The translations under genes and the position numbers were made by a program. This document shows positions 1-9,160 of a stretch of DNA of 64,000 nt, in pieces. Numbering within the stretch: position 1 is the first letter of the stretch; each line of letters begins with the position of its first letter. The notes beneath the pieces were generated by a model, which was not told the DNA's origin, ran no database searches, and worked only from the letters and a program-made list of their open reading frames with translations. Source of the DNA: an uncultured virus (IMG/VR IMGVR_UViG_3300006217_002156) (lineage: Duplodnaviria; Heunggongvirae; Uroviricota; Caudoviricetes); the IMG/VR virus record IMGVR_UViG_3300006217_002156; one strand, written 5' to 3'.

Positions 1-76
1 TTCTTTGCGGCGGAATCCGCCATTTTATCACCTCCACAGCTTTAGAGAAGGGGCGGCTTGCGCCGCCCCCGCCGGG

Positions 77-223
77 TTACTGCTGATCCTTTGCCATTGC
101 GATTTTGTCCAGCAGTTCAACGATTTCCTGCGTTGTGTAGGTGTCTTTGTCGCCGCTTGTGAAAATCAGGCGAAGGTCATACAGTTGAACCTTTTGGGCC
201 ATCTTGGCTTCCTGCTCCGTCAT
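77..223 (-). CDS. Small hypothetical protein, 48 aa (MTEQEAKMAQKVQLYDLRLIF...)
   Basis: Manually translated; AGAAAGGAG RBS; GC hairpin after the stop. Confidence 0.65.
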   Translation of the reverse strand: MTEQEAKMAQKVQLYDLRLIFTSGDKDTYTTQEIVELLDKIAMAKDQQ

Positions 224-278
224 GGTCTGCGCTCCTTTCTTTAGGATGATTACATTATATCATAGACGTACGTCTACG

Positions 279-626
279 TCAAGGGGGATTTTTAATTTTT
301 TCGGACAACGAGTTAATCATTTGTTTGACAAGCTCACGATCTGCGCTACTTAAAAGACTGTATTGTTGGGCGAGTTGCTTGACATCTTCATCAATATCCA
401 GTTCGTGAGTAACATCTTCAAAAATTGGTTCGTTGCCATTGACAAGCCATTCTGGGTTTACGTTATATTCACGGCAAATATCACGAATGGTACGTTCGGT
501 AATATTTCGGGTTCCTTTTTCCATGTTGGTAATGGCACCGCCTGACATATTGATGGCGGCACCAAAGGCGCGTGTGGTCAAATTTAACTGTTCTCGCAAA
601 TATTTTAGCCTTTCATGAATGTCCAT
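279..626 (-). CDS. XRE-family HTH repressor
   Basis: ERLKYLREQLNLTTRAFG...ITNMEKG...VNPEWLVNG; GGAGGTG RBS. Confidence 0.85.
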   Translation of the reverse strand: MDIHERLKYLREQLNLTTRAFGAAINMSGGAITNMEKGTRNITERTIRDICREYNVNPEWLVNGNEPIFEDVTHELDIDEDVKQLAQQYSLLSSADRELVKQMINSLSEKIKNPP

Positions 627-757
627 GTATTCACCTCCATGAAAGCAATATACCACAGCTTGATTTCAAAGTAAACAGAAAAATGAAAAAATATCTTGAC
701 ATTGTTTTCAAAGAATGTTATATTGGTTTCAATGAAAACAAGAAAGGAGGAGGCAAA

Positions 758-931
758 ATGCTCCAGCAAAAAGTAGAAGACGTAAAAGATACAGCGTTGA
801 AGTTGGATGAAATCAAGACCTACCATCCGGAAGACTACTTTTACTTAAAAGGTTGGATTCATTGCTTGTTGCGGAAAGAGAGTATGACGGGTAGCCAGCC
901 CCGCAAGCCGCCAGCGGACCGACCCGCATAG
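758..931 (+). CDS. Small hypothetical protein divergent from the repressor
   Basis: AAGGAGG RBS; TTGACA...TATATT promoter at ~696-724. Confidence 0.65.
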   Translation: MLQQKVEDVKDTALKLDEIKTYHPEDYFYLKGWIHCLLRKESMTGSQPRKPPADRPA

Positions 932-978
932 GGCCATACCAGCCGGGAAGGAGTGGTATCTGAAAATCACCCTTTACA
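923..978. repeat. Conserved element X, copy 1 (54/56 identical to 47609-47664)
   Basis: cccgcatagggccataccagccgggaagg.gtggt.tctgaaaatcaccctttaca in both prophages. Confidence 0.9.
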
Positions 979-1195
979 ACATTTGTAGTAGTTCATCTTC
1001 CCAACCAGAAGTAATCGTGTCTTCGGGGATATCCCCGAGTGCGGTCATGGCAGTCGTCAGTCTGCTATAAATACCATCTGGCATTGGCTGGCCGCAGTTT
1101 GGGCAGATGAACTGTTGAGATGGCTGGAAGCTGCCCGCCCCGATCTCTGTGGAACATCGGCAGATTTTGCAGGTTATTCTAATTTTACAGTACAT
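974..1195 (-). CDS. Zn-ribbon moron protein
   Basis: CKIC and CPNC motifs; AGGAGGTG RBS; own promoter within element Y. Confidence 0.65.
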   Translation of the reverse strand: MYCKIRITCKICRCSTEIGAGSFQPSQQFICPNCGQPMPDGIYSRLTTAMTALGDIPEDTITSGWEDELLQML

Positions 1196-1216
1196 AGATT
1201 TCACCTCCTTCCACCG

Positions 1217-1287
1217 CCATTCTACCACAGGCGGCGGGAAGGGGCAAGAAAAAGCCGCCCGGAGGGGCGGAGGAGGAGAGGAGGTGA
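1217..1287. promoter_or_regulatory. Conserved element Y, copy 1: minus-strand terminator plus sigma70 promoter, plus-strand RBS
   Basis: Near-identical to 45627-45696; minus strand reads GC hairpin-TTTTT, then TTGCCC-17-(TG)TAGAAT. Confidence 0.75.
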
Positions 1288-1292
1288 GACAC

Positions 1293-1481
1293 ATGCGCAT
1301 GTCCACAAGAGTCACCAGGCGGGAGATCGTCCCCATGCTGACCGCCAAGGAGGTGGCAGAAAAGATGGGGGTCGACCGCAACGAGGTGTACCGGCTTGCC
1401 AACCGGAGGGACGGGCTGCGGGCCTACAAGGTGAGCGGCCGGCTCCGGTTCAAGCCGGAGGACGTGGAGGAGTATATGTAG
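1293..1481 (+). CDS. Excisionase-like HTH_17 protein
   Basis: MLTAKEVAEKMGV...VYRL...LRAYKV..RLRF. Confidence 0.8.
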   Translation: MRMSTRVTRREIVPMLTAKEVAEKMGVDRNEVYRLANRRDGLRAYKVSGRLRFKPEDVEEYM

Positions 1482-1702
1482 CAGCCTCCACAAGAGAGGC
1501 CGGCTGGCCGGCCGAAATGTCCGAAGCAAACGAAGTGTCAACAGCAGTTGGATCTTCAGTCAAATCTGATTGTCAGTGTAAAATTTGTGTAAACGCAATA
1601 TGAACTATGTGTGAACATATTGTCGCACCAGATATCAGATTATTACTGTGTATATCAGATTTATCAAATTGCCCCGAAAAAACGAGAAAGAGAGGAAAAG
1701 AC

Positions 1703-1942
1703 ATGTCAATGAAAAGCACACTCCAGGACATGCTCCTGGGCAAGCTCCAGCGGGAGCGTCAAGTGGTGACAGTTTTTATCACCAACGGATTCAGGACAAG
1801 TGGCCGGATTACCGGCTTTGACCAGCACACAATCGTACTGGAGATCAGAGGGGAACAGCAGATTATTTCTAAACACGCCGTTTCCACCATCACCCCCAGC
1901 CAGCCAGTCGACTTGGACAACTTGCGAGAGGAGGCGCGGTAA
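1703..1942 (+). CDS. hfq: Hfq/Sm-like RNA chaperone, phage copy 1
   Basis: LQD..L..L..ER..VTVF.TNG...GRI.GFD..(Sm1) and KHAVSTI.P (Sm2). Confidence 0.9.
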   Translation: MSMKSTLQDMLLGKLQRERQVVTVFITNGFRTSGRITGFDQHTIVLEIRGEQQIISKHAVSTITPSQPVDLDNLREEAR

Positions 1943-2187
1943 TGGATGCCCTGATGACCCCTCGTGAGGTGGCGGAACAGTTCGGAGTGAGTTGTGTCAC
2001 TGTGTACCGCCTGTGCGCCGAACCAGACGGCCTGCGGTCGTACAAGGTGGGCAGCCGTACCAGGTTCAAACCCGAGGACGTGGACGAATATCTGGAACGC
2101 CGCCTGGTCCGGCCTCCCCAGCGGCAGACCGGTCCCAACGTCGTCCGCTTCCAGTATAAGCCCGGGATGAAGGTTGTCAGTTTGTGA
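1942..2187 (+). CDS. Excisionase-like HTH_17 protein, paralog of 1293-1481
   Basis: LMTPREVAEQFGVS..TVYRL...DGLRSYKVG.R.RFKPEDV. Confidence 0.8.
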   Translation: MDALMTPREVAEQFGVSCVTVYRLCAEPDGLRSYKVGSRTRFKPEDVDEYLERRLVRPPQRQTGPNVVRFQYKPGMKVVSL

Positions 2188-2200
2188 GAGGAGAAACGAC

Positions 2201-2803
2201 ATGCGGAAGAAACTGAATGCCAGCCCGCAGAAGGATATCCCGCCCCTCTCCCCCACGGACAAGCGCTGCTTCGCGGCGCTGGCGGGTCTGCTGGTTGCCG
2301 TCACAGTGGTCTATGAGGCGACCGACGGCGCGGCCGTCCGAGCGGCGGAGCGGGTGGACAAGCCCCTGGCGGAGCTTACCTGGGAGGCGCCGCTGAACCA
2401 GCCCCGGCTGTTGGAGGCGATGGTGGTCCAGCTGGAGCGGGACCTCTGCCGGGAGGACGTACCCCTGGACCGAGAGCTTCAGGAGGTTCTGGGGGCGGCC
2501 TGTGAGGAGCACGGGGTCCCTGTCCACCTGGCCCTGGGCCTGATCGAGGTGGAGAGCCGATTCCAACCCGAGGCGGATAACGGTCTGTGCTACGGCCTCT
2601 GTCAGCTCAACAAGCGGTATTACCCGGATGACCTCACCCCCGCCGGGAACATCCAGGCGGGGATGGCGCATCTCGGCGGGCTGTTGGACCGGTACGGGGA
2701 CGCGGCGGCCGCCCTGACGGCCTACAACGCCGGGCATGACACCGGATCAAGAACCTACGCCAACGCCGTCCTGGCGGCGGCGGAACACTGGAAGGAGGAC
2801 TGA
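2201..2803 (+). CDS. Membrane-anchored SLT lytic transglycosylase
   Basis: LIEVESRF, YGLCQLN and LTAYNAG motifs; N-terminal TM segment. Confidence 0.85.
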   Translation: MRKKLNASPQKDIPPLSPTDKRCFAALAGLLVAVTVVYEATDGAAVRAAERVDKPLAELTWEAPLNQPRLLEAMVVQLERDLCREDVPLDRELQEVLGAACEEHGVPVHLALGLIEVESRFQPEADNGLCYGLCQLNKRYYPDDLTPAGNIQAGMAHLGGLLDRYGDAAAALTAYNAGHDTGSRTYANAVLAAAEHWKED

Positions 2804-2805
2804 GC

Positions 2806-2997
2806 ATGTGCCTGAATAATACCGAACGCCGGGTGACGGCAAAGCTGCGGGAATGGTTCGGCCGGGGCAAGGTGGAGCAGGTGCTCCCGGTGGAGCCCGG
2901 CATCTGGCAGGCCCGCCTGATGGACGGTGGTCTGGCCTACGCCACGGTGGAGGAGGATGGCTCCATCACCATCCAGGAGCGGGAGGTGGTGTGCTGA
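2806..2997 (+). CDS. Hypothetical protein
   Basis: AGGAGG RBS, tight operon packing. Confidence 0.6.
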   Translation: MCLNNTERRVTAKLREWFGRGKVEQVLPVEPGIWQARLMDGGLAYATVEEDGSITIQEREVVC

Positions 2998-3117
2998 TGG
3001 CGGGCAAAAAGAAGCCCCGCACAGTGGACAGACTGTGCGGGACTGGGGATGCTATGACCATAAAGTACATGGTTAGTATAGCACCTCTCAATAAAAAAAT
3101 CAAGGGGGGTAAACTCA

Positions 3118-3330
3118 ATGCGTAAAAATTTACAATCTGCCCGCAAAGCCGCCGGCCTCACCCAGCGGCAAGTGGCTGAATACTTACATGTGTCAGAACG
3201 ACACTACAAATTTATGGAGTCTGGTCATACAACAGGTAACGTTGATCTATGGGACAAGCTAGAAGATTTGTTTAACGTTCATCAACGTGTTTTGCGAGAA
3301 ATTCATCCCGGCAAAGAAGATAGTCGGTAG
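3118..3330 (+). CDS. XRE HTH protein
   Basis: NLQSARKAAGLTQRQVAEYL...YKFMESG. Confidence 0.8.
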   Translation: MRKNLQSARKAAGLTQRQVAEYLHVSERHYKFMESGHTTGNVDLWDKLEDLFNVHQRVLREIHPGKEDSR

Positions 3331-3496
3331 ATACGTTCAAAATATCTGCGATTTTGATTAGTGCATAGATGTTAGGAGAACTGTGCCCACTTTCATAATT
3401 TCGGTAACTTCTTAACCCCATACACAACAAATCAGCCATTTTTTGAGCTGTGAAACCTTTTGCTTTCCTAGTTTCGTTTAGCCGTTTCGGAAACAT
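3272..3496 (-). CDS. XRE HTH protein, homolog of 47739-47966
   Basis: KRLNETRK...YRNYESG...VSTDYLLCRD. Confidence 0.85.
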   Translation of the reverse strand: MFPKRLNETRKAKGFTAQKMADLLCMGLRSYRNYESGHSSPNIYALIKIADILNVSTDYLLCRDEFLAKHVDER

Positions 3497-3617
3497 TTTT
3501 CATTCCTCCTTGAAATTAAACCTTGACAGTGAAAGAATCTTACACTATAATTCGAAATGTGAACAGTGCAAGAATCTTTCACGTGCAAAAATGAGACACT
3601 ATAAGGAGGAAGAAACT

Positions 3618-3875
3618 ATGAACCATGAAACTTTTCAAATTATCGACCGAGTGGAGAGCAACACAGCATTCTTGACCTGCGCCGTTGAGGCGTTTGCGCT
3701 GCTGCATGAAACGCTGGAGCATGACCTGTGTACTCGTGAGCAGACCCAAGGAGGTATGGGCTACTGTCTGCGTGTGTGCAGTTCTATGGTGCCAGTGCTC
3801 CGGGAGCTGCGCCGGATCAGCGAGGACTTGGATGCTGTTGTTGCGGCAGCATATGAGCAAAAGAAAGAAGGGTAA
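3618..3875 (+). CDS. Hypothetical protein
   Basis: AAGGAGG RBS; TTGACA-17-TATAAT promoter at ~3523-3551. Confidence 0.6.
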   Translation: MNHETFQIIDRVESNTAFLTCAVEAFALLHETLEHDLCTREQTQGGMGYCLRVCSSMVPVLRELRRISEDLDAVVAAAYEQKKEG

Positions 3876-3877
3876 CT

Positions 3878-4141
3878 ATGGGAAAGTATATCCAAGTACC
3901 CAAAGAATTGTTAGACAATAAGGCGGTGTCGTTGAAAGCAAAAGGGCTGTATGCCCTGATTTTGGCACAACCACTTCATTGGGAAAATTCCATTATGGCC
4001 TTAGTGGAGGCATCTGGAGCGAGCAAACACATCATCTCTCTTACCCTCCAGGAATTGGAGGAAGCTGGATATTTAGAGCGCCACCAGCTGACAGAGGACG
4101 GGCGGTTTTGCGGAATGGAATACGAACTGAAAGAACGGTGA
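3878..4141 (+). CDS. Winged-HTH replication-organiser-like protein
   Basis: VSLKAKGLYALI...LQELEEAGYLER. Confidence 0.75.
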   Translation: MGKYIQVPKELLDNKAVSLKAKGLYALILAQPLHWENSIMALVEASGASKHIISLTLQELEEAGYLERHQLTEDGRFCGMEYELKER

Positions 4142-4147
4142 TATTTA

Positions 4148-4975
4148 TTGACACGGGATGAAATTATGCGTACTGACCAGTCCTGCGGTGGGATGTTTGC
4201 GGTCATCCCATCTGTAGTGATGCAGGACCCAGCATTGTCTATGTCTGCACGTATGCTGTATGGGATTATCACTTGGCGGTGTAATGACAAATCCTATTGC
4301 TGGGCCTCCAACCGTACGTTGGGAACCGTACTTGGATTATCCGCTAAGCGGGTGTCCGCTCTGGTTTCTGAGCTGGAGGCACAAGGCCACATTGAGACAG
4401 AGATTGTCAAAGACTCAGAGACTGGGGCGGTAAAGTACCGCTACATATATCCCATCGTGAAAAGCAGTCGTAGAGTTGTAGACCCTATCCCTAAGAATGA
4501 GGATACCCCTCCCCAGGAACAAGCATACCCTTCCCCAAACTCAGGAGGACCTCCCCCCGAAAATGAGGAGGATATATATGAGAAATATAAAAAGAATGAT
4601 AAAGAGAAACAAAAAGAACCCCCTAAAGCCCCCCAGGGGGCGGAGGGGCGGAAGAGCAAATTTGCCCTCCAGGAGGAGGCCAAGCCCTTACTGCGGGCCT
4701 ACGTGGGGCAGGACAGTGAGCTGGCCTGGGCGCTGGCGGACTTCATCCAGCTCCGGGAACAGCTGCGGGCGGTAAACTCAGCGGTGGCCATCAAGGCCCT
4801 GCTGAGCAAGCTGGACAAGCTGTCCGGCGGGGACCGGGCAATAAAACTCCAGCTTATCGAGGAGGCCATGGCCAACAGCTGGAAGTCGGTGTTCCCCTCG
4901 AAGGGTGGAAAAGCCCGGCCGGCCGCGCCGCCGGATCGCCATGTGGTGGAGCGTGAGGAGGTGCCCACATGGTAG
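4148..4975 (+). CDS. Phage replication initiator (HTH_36 N-terminus)
   Basis: FAVIP..V..DPALS..AR.LYG.I...CWASN; upstream of helicase. Confidence 0.8.
   Translation: MTRDEIMRTDQSCGGMFAVIPSVVMQDPALSMSARMLYGIITWRCNDKSYCWASNRTLGTVLGLSAKRVSALVSELEAQGHIETEIVKDSETGAVKYRYIYPIVKSSRRVVDPIPKNEDTPPQEQAYPSPNSGGPPPENEEDIYEKYKKNDKEKQKEPPKAPQGAEGRKSKFALQEEAKPLLRAYVGQDSELAWALADFIQLREQLRAVNSAVAIKALLSKLDKLSGGDRAIKLQLIEEAMANSWKSVFPSKGGKARPAAPPDRHVVEREEVPTW
4482..4572. repeat. Iteron-like imperfect ~22 bp tandem repeats inside the initiator gene (probable ori)
   Basis: Four units of the type accc.tccc.aa...gagga followed by an A-rich tract. Confidence 0.55.
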
Positions 4976-6360
4976 CGGACGTGAGCTACGATGCCCAGGT
5001 GGGCGTGCTGGGCTCTATCCTGCTGGAGCCGGGGCTGGTGGGCCAGGTCATGACCCGGGTCCGGCCGGAGGATTTCACAAGCGGAGTGTATCGGACCATC
5101 TACCAGGCCATTACCGGGCTGTTCCTGGAGGGGAAAACGCCAGACCCTGTCCTGGTACGGGAGCGGCTGTCCGGGATAGGAGCCATCGGTGAGACCCTGT
5201 ACCAAATCATGACTCTGACCCCCACCGCCTCCAACGTCTGGGAGTACACGTCGGAGCTGAAAAAGCAAGCTGCGCTGGCCTCCCTGCGGGAGATCGGGCG
5301 ACAGCTGGAGGCAGTGCTGGCGCTGGAGGAGGCCCAAGAGCTGGTGGATCAGGCCAACGCCGTGTTCTCCGCCCGGCCTGGGGTGGAGCGAGTAAGCGCC
5401 CAGCAGTTGGTGGAGGACTTTATGGACCGCCACGGTGAAGGCAGGCACCCGGATTATCTCACATGGTCGCTACCCAAGCTGAACGACCGGATGTACACCG
5501 AGGCGGGAGACATGGTGCTGCTGGGCGGCTACGCCAGCGCCGGAAAGACGGCCCTGGCCCTGCGGTTTGCCTGGCACATGGCGAAGAGCCGACGGGTGGG
5601 CTTCTACAGCCTGGAGACCGGCCCCTCCAAGCTGGGGGACCGGTCGGTGGCCGCCATTGCCGGGATCGACATGGGGGCCATCAAACGCAGTACCCTCACC
5701 GACGGAGACTGGGAGAAGCTGGCCGACTATGCGGAGGGGATGGCGGAGTGTACTCTAGACTTGATTCCCGCCGGCGGGATGACCGTCCAGGATATTCAGG
5801 CGGACGCCCTGGCCCACCGGTATGAGGTGGTCTACTTGGACTATGTACAGATCATCAAGGCCCCCAAGGGCGGGAACCGCACAGAGATCGTGACCAATAT
5901 CAGCATCGAGCTCCACCAGCTGGCCCAGACCCACGGGGTCACGGTGGTGGCCCTGTCCCAGCTGAGCCGGGCCAAGAGCACTGGAGACGGCGGAGAGGCG
6001 GCCCCCACCATGAGCAGCCTGCGGGAGTCCGGCCAGCTGGAGCAGGACGCGGACGCGGTGCTGCTGCTGTACCGGGAGGAGCCGGACAGGCCGGAGAGCC
6101 GCCGGGTGCTGTTCGTGGCGAAGAACAAAGAGGGGGCCATCGGGAAGCTCTATCTGGACTTCGACGGCCGGACTCAGACCTTCCGGGAGTCGGACACCAC
6201 CAACGAGGTAGCCTCCGCTATGTCGGCTGCGGGCCGGAAGGCAAGGCGTTCCACCCGGGAAGCAAAGGACAAACAGATGACCTGGGAGGACCTGACCGAG
6301 AAGTTGGACAGAGAATTTCCATTTGCCGATAAGGAGGAACAACATGACACAGACAGATAA
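4969..6360 (+). CDS. dnaB: DnaB-like replicative helicase
   Basis: GGYASAGKT, YSLE, DYVQII, LSQLSR, LRESGQLEQDAD. Confidence 0.95.
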   Translation: MVADVSYDAQVGVLGSILLEPGLVGQVMTRVRPEDFTSGVYRTIYQAITGLFLEGKTPDPVLVRERLSGIGAIGETLYQIMTLTPTASNVWEYTSELKKQAALASLREIGRQLEAVLALEEAQELVDQANAVFSARPGVERVSAQQLVEDFMDRHGEGRHPDYLTWSLPKLNDRMYTEAGDMVLLGGYASAGKTALALRFAWHMAKSRRVGFYSLETGPSKLGDRSVAAIAGIDMGAIKRSTLTDGDWEKLADYAEGMAECTLDLIPAGGMTVQDIQADALAHRYEVVYLDYVQIIKAPKGGNRTEIVTNISIELHQLAQTHGVTVVALSQLSRAKSTGDGGEAAPTMSSLRESGQLEQDADAVLLLYREEPDRPESRRVLFVAKNKEGAIGKLYLDFDGRTQTFRESDTTNEVASAMSAAGRKARRSTREAKDKQMTWEDLTEKLDREFPFADKEEQHDTDR

Positions 6361-6640
6361 AGCGGCCCTGGCGAACCGGCTGGACGGTGTGGGCCTGGTG
6401 ACCCCCACCCTGGCGGAGGGGCAACCGGAGCAGATGGATACGGTCCGGGATATTGAGACCATCACCGGCGAGATTCTGGAGGCCAAGCGTGTAGGCGGTG
6501 AGGCTATTATCACCATCGGCCAGCGGCGTGAAGGAGTAGGTGGCCATGGCCCTGGAGCACATAGGCGACGTCCAGGTGGTGTCGGTGACCGAGACCGTCC
6601 AGGAGCAGTTGAGTATTGGAGGATAATATGCGAATTTTGA
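6344..6640 (+). pseudogene. Probably truncated DUF3102-like gene
   Basis: RDIETITGEILEAKRVGGEAIITIGQR, then protein-like sequence is lost. Confidence 0.45.
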
Positions 6641-6855
6641 AGCCCGGCGACCCCTGCCCCTGCTGCGGGCAGCCCATCAAGGAGGGACTGCCCGCCGAGG
6701 CAATTATAGCGCTCAGCTGGATTCAATATGGACTGGAGCTGCGGATGGCACTGAGCGAAGTCAATAAGAAGCCTATGCTCTCACAAGAGACCAGCGATCT
6801 GCCGTCTGCGGGCTGGCGGACCTGGATGCGAAAGCGTTTTGAAATAGAGGACTGA
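6628..6855 (+). CDS. Small Cys-containing hypothetical protein
   Basis: LKPGDPCPCCGQPI; GGAGG RBS. Confidence 0.6.
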   Translation: MRILKPGDPCPCCGQPIKEGLPAEAIIALSWIQYGLELRMALSEVNKKPMLSQETSDLPSAGWRTWMRKRFEIED

Positions 6856-6857
6856 GC

Positions 6858-7331
6858 ATGGAGGCCGTTAATAGAAGAATCATATTGGTCTGTGTGCCAG
6901 AGATGGACGTGGAGCGCCAGCGGGAGATACGGGATTTCCTACTGGAGGGGTGGCAAAAAGGTATGATGGTAGTATCTGACGAAGCAGAGATATCAATACT
7001 GGAACTTCCGCCGCTGTATGGTGTGGCAGTACAGCCGCAGGACCCTGCGCCGGAAGCGTTTCCGAGCCTGGAATCTGAGCCTCCTCCCGGTGAGGCGTCT
7101 GAAGGCGAGGAGAAACGCGCCATCTTCCGGCGCTTGCAGGACTACCGCGCCGCCCATGGCCGCGGATGCCTGGCCGAAGTGGCCAAAGCGACCCGCACCA
7201 GGGGACGGCTCAGCGACAGCACCCTGCGGATGCTTTTGACGGGCGACACCGTACTGCCCATCGAGGACTGGCGGAGAATCGGCAGGGCGCTGGAGCGATT
7301 GGAAAAGCAGGAGGCAAGCCATGTCGGATGA
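6858..7331 (+). CDS. Hypothetical protein with a possible C-terminal HTH
   Basis: RBS and operon context. Confidence 0.6.
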   Translation: MEAVNRRIILVCVPEMDVERQREIRDFLLEGWQKGMMVVSDEAEISILELPPLYGVAVQPQDPAPEAFPSLESEPPPGEASEGEEKRAIFRRLQDYRAAHGRGCLAEVAKATRTRGRLSDSTLRMLLTGDTVLPIEDWRRIGRALERLEKQEASHVG

Positions 7332-7560
7332 ACGCGAAATCCAGACTGTTATGATAAATACCGGCTGTGACCGGGAAACAGCCATTGAGGCCCTTGAATG
7401 GGCAAATTCTCGGGTTACTATCGCAATCAGGCGGGGCGTTATGAACAGGAATCAAAACGGCCTGATCTGCCCGGCTTGTCTGATGCCGACGGCGGAGCGG
7501 TGGACATTCTGCCCATACTGCGGGGAGCCGCTGAAACGAAAGGCGGCGGACGATGGCTAA
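7321..7560 (+). CDS. UBA-like plus Zn-ribbon protein
   Basis: TGCDRETAIEALE; CPAC...FCPYCG. Confidence 0.6.
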   Translation: MSDEREIQTVMINTGCDRETAIEALEWANSRVTIAIRRGVMNRNQNGLICPACLMPTAERWTFCPYCGEPLKRKAADDG

Positions 7561-8377
7561 AGCAATCAAACACATCACCGCCGGCCTGCTCCATATTGAG
7601 GTCCTGGGCAAGGTGCCGGACCGGACCAATGAACGAAAGCGCCGGGGCGCGCGGGCCAATCCCACGCCCCCGGCCCAGGGCTTCTATAACCTCAAGCTGG
7701 CTTACCGGGAGGTAATGCTCCTGTTAGCCGCCAACTTTGGCCGGCGAGACTGGGTGATTACCCCTACTTATGACGACGCGCACCTCCCGGCGGACAAAAA
7801 GGCGGCGGGGAAGTTTCTCCAGCAGAAATATTTTCGGAAGCTACGGGAGACCCGCCGCCGCCGGGGCGAGGAGCTGAAATACATCTATACCACCGAGGGC
7901 TGGCATGGCAAGCAATACAACGAGTTCCTGGAGGAGGACGGGAGCCTGGAGGACCGCCGCCTGCACCACCACATTGTAATCAACGCCACCGGCCCCGGGG
8001 ACCTGGAGGAGCTGCGCAGCCTGTGGCCCGGCGGCGGCTATGTCCGGATCGAGCCGCTGGACGTCCATTATTATGAGGCTCTGGCCAGATACCTGACGAA
8101 GGAGACGAGGGAGTTCGGCCGGACGAGGCCGGGTGACCGCACATGGGGCCGGTCCATGAATCTAACTGAATATCAGGTGGAGTACATTGAGATACCCACG
8201 GACAGCATTACCCTGACGCCGCCTTACGGCGCGGTGGACTATACGCCCTTCCATGAGAAGAATCCATTTGGGTACGCGGACTGTGTGGGCGCCATGTATC
8301 TTCTGTTCCCAAATACTTCCAGCTCCGGCTATTCTTACGCCCAGGGCCGAAGCCGGGGACAGCCGCCTAATAATTAA
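7553..8377 (+). CDS. HUH-family (rolling-circle Rep-like) protein
   Basis: ITPTY motif I, LHHHIVIN HUH motif, LARYLTKE motif III. Confidence 0.75.
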   Translation: MAKAIKHITAGLLHIEVLGKVPDRTNERKRRGARANPTPPAQGFYNLKLAYREVMLLLAANFGRRDWVITPTYDDAHLPADKKAAGKFLQQKYFRKLRETRRRRGEELKYIYTTEGWHGKQYNEFLEEDGSLEDRRLHHHIVINATGPGDLEELRSLWPGGGYVRIEPLDVHYYEALARYLTKETREFGRTRPGDRTWGRSMNLTEYQVEYIEIPTDSITLTPPYGAVDYTPFHEKNPFGYADCVGAMYLLFPNTSSSGYSYAQGRSRGQPPNN

Positions 8378-8456
8378 TTTAGCTTGAAACCAATCTTAAT
8401 AATAGAACAGCCTGAGAGAAAATAGAGCAGCCCAGGATGAAGAGAGGTGATTCAGG

Positions 8457-8657
8457 TTGCAAAATAAACGAATGTGTGATAAGCTAAGTGTGAGAAATGG
8501 CCGGTATGTGTGTCCGTTCTGCAAGGCGGCGACCTACCAGAAGGCCAGTTCAGAGACCAGCGCGAAAAACCTGATCCTCTGGTGCCGGCGATGCAAGACG
8601 GAGTTTCAGGTCAATATCGACAGTGGCCAGTGCTCATTGACAGCCCGCGCCCGATAA
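8457..8657 (+). CDS. Cys-rich KTR/Com-like Zn-ribbon protein
   Basis: CPFC...T.AKNL.LWCRRCK.E..VNI. Confidence 0.7.
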   Translation: MQNKRMCDKLSVRNGRYVCPFCKAATYQKASSETSAKNLILWCRRCKTEFQVNIDSGQCSLTARAR

Positions 8658-8697
8658 CTTCCCCAAGGGGGAGATTGTCGGGCGCGGGCTTTTATTT
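8642..8697 (+). terminator. Long hairpin terminator/attenuator ahead of terS
   Basis: agcccgcgcccga...tcgggcgcgggct followed by tttattt. Confidence 0.75.
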
Positions 8698-8713
8698 GCC
8701 AGGAGGTGAGGAT

Positions 8714-9160
8714 ATGGGCCGATCGAGAAAATTCAAAACCGCCAGAGCGCTGTCCGACGCCTGGGAGGAGTACAAGACCTGGTGCGACAGCCGGAAGGCT
8801 ATGACCCACGGCTTCAGCTCCAAAAACTCGGCGTTCGTCAGCAAGAACCTCCAGCGCAGCGTGACCTACACCATCGAGGGATTCTGTGCCCATGTCGGGA
8901 TTTCCCGACAGTCATTTTACGAGACCTACGCCGGGCGATTTCCTGACACGTTTACGCGTATGCGGGAAGAATGCGAAGTCGATTCCAGGATGAAGTTCGA
9001 GCTGGGGATCATCGACTCCCGCCTGGCCCCGCTGTGGATGAGCCGGTATGGATACAGCGCTAAGACAGATAACGCTCAGACCACTGTTCCGCAACGGGAA
9101 GACGACCCCCTCACCGCCGCCCTGAAGGAGTCCGCCAATGCTATCCGAAAAACAGATTGA
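8714..9160 (+). CDS. Terminase small subunit
   Basis: Position; GR.RKF, TIEGFC..VGISRQ.FY HTH. Confidence 0.75.
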   Translation: MGRSRKFKTARALSDAWEEYKTWCDSRKAMTHGFSSKNSAFVSKNLQRSVTYTIEGFCAHVGISRQSFYETYAGRFPDTFTRMREECEVDSRMKFELGIIDSRLAPLWMSRYGYSAKTDNAQTTVPQREDDPLTAALKESANAIRKTD

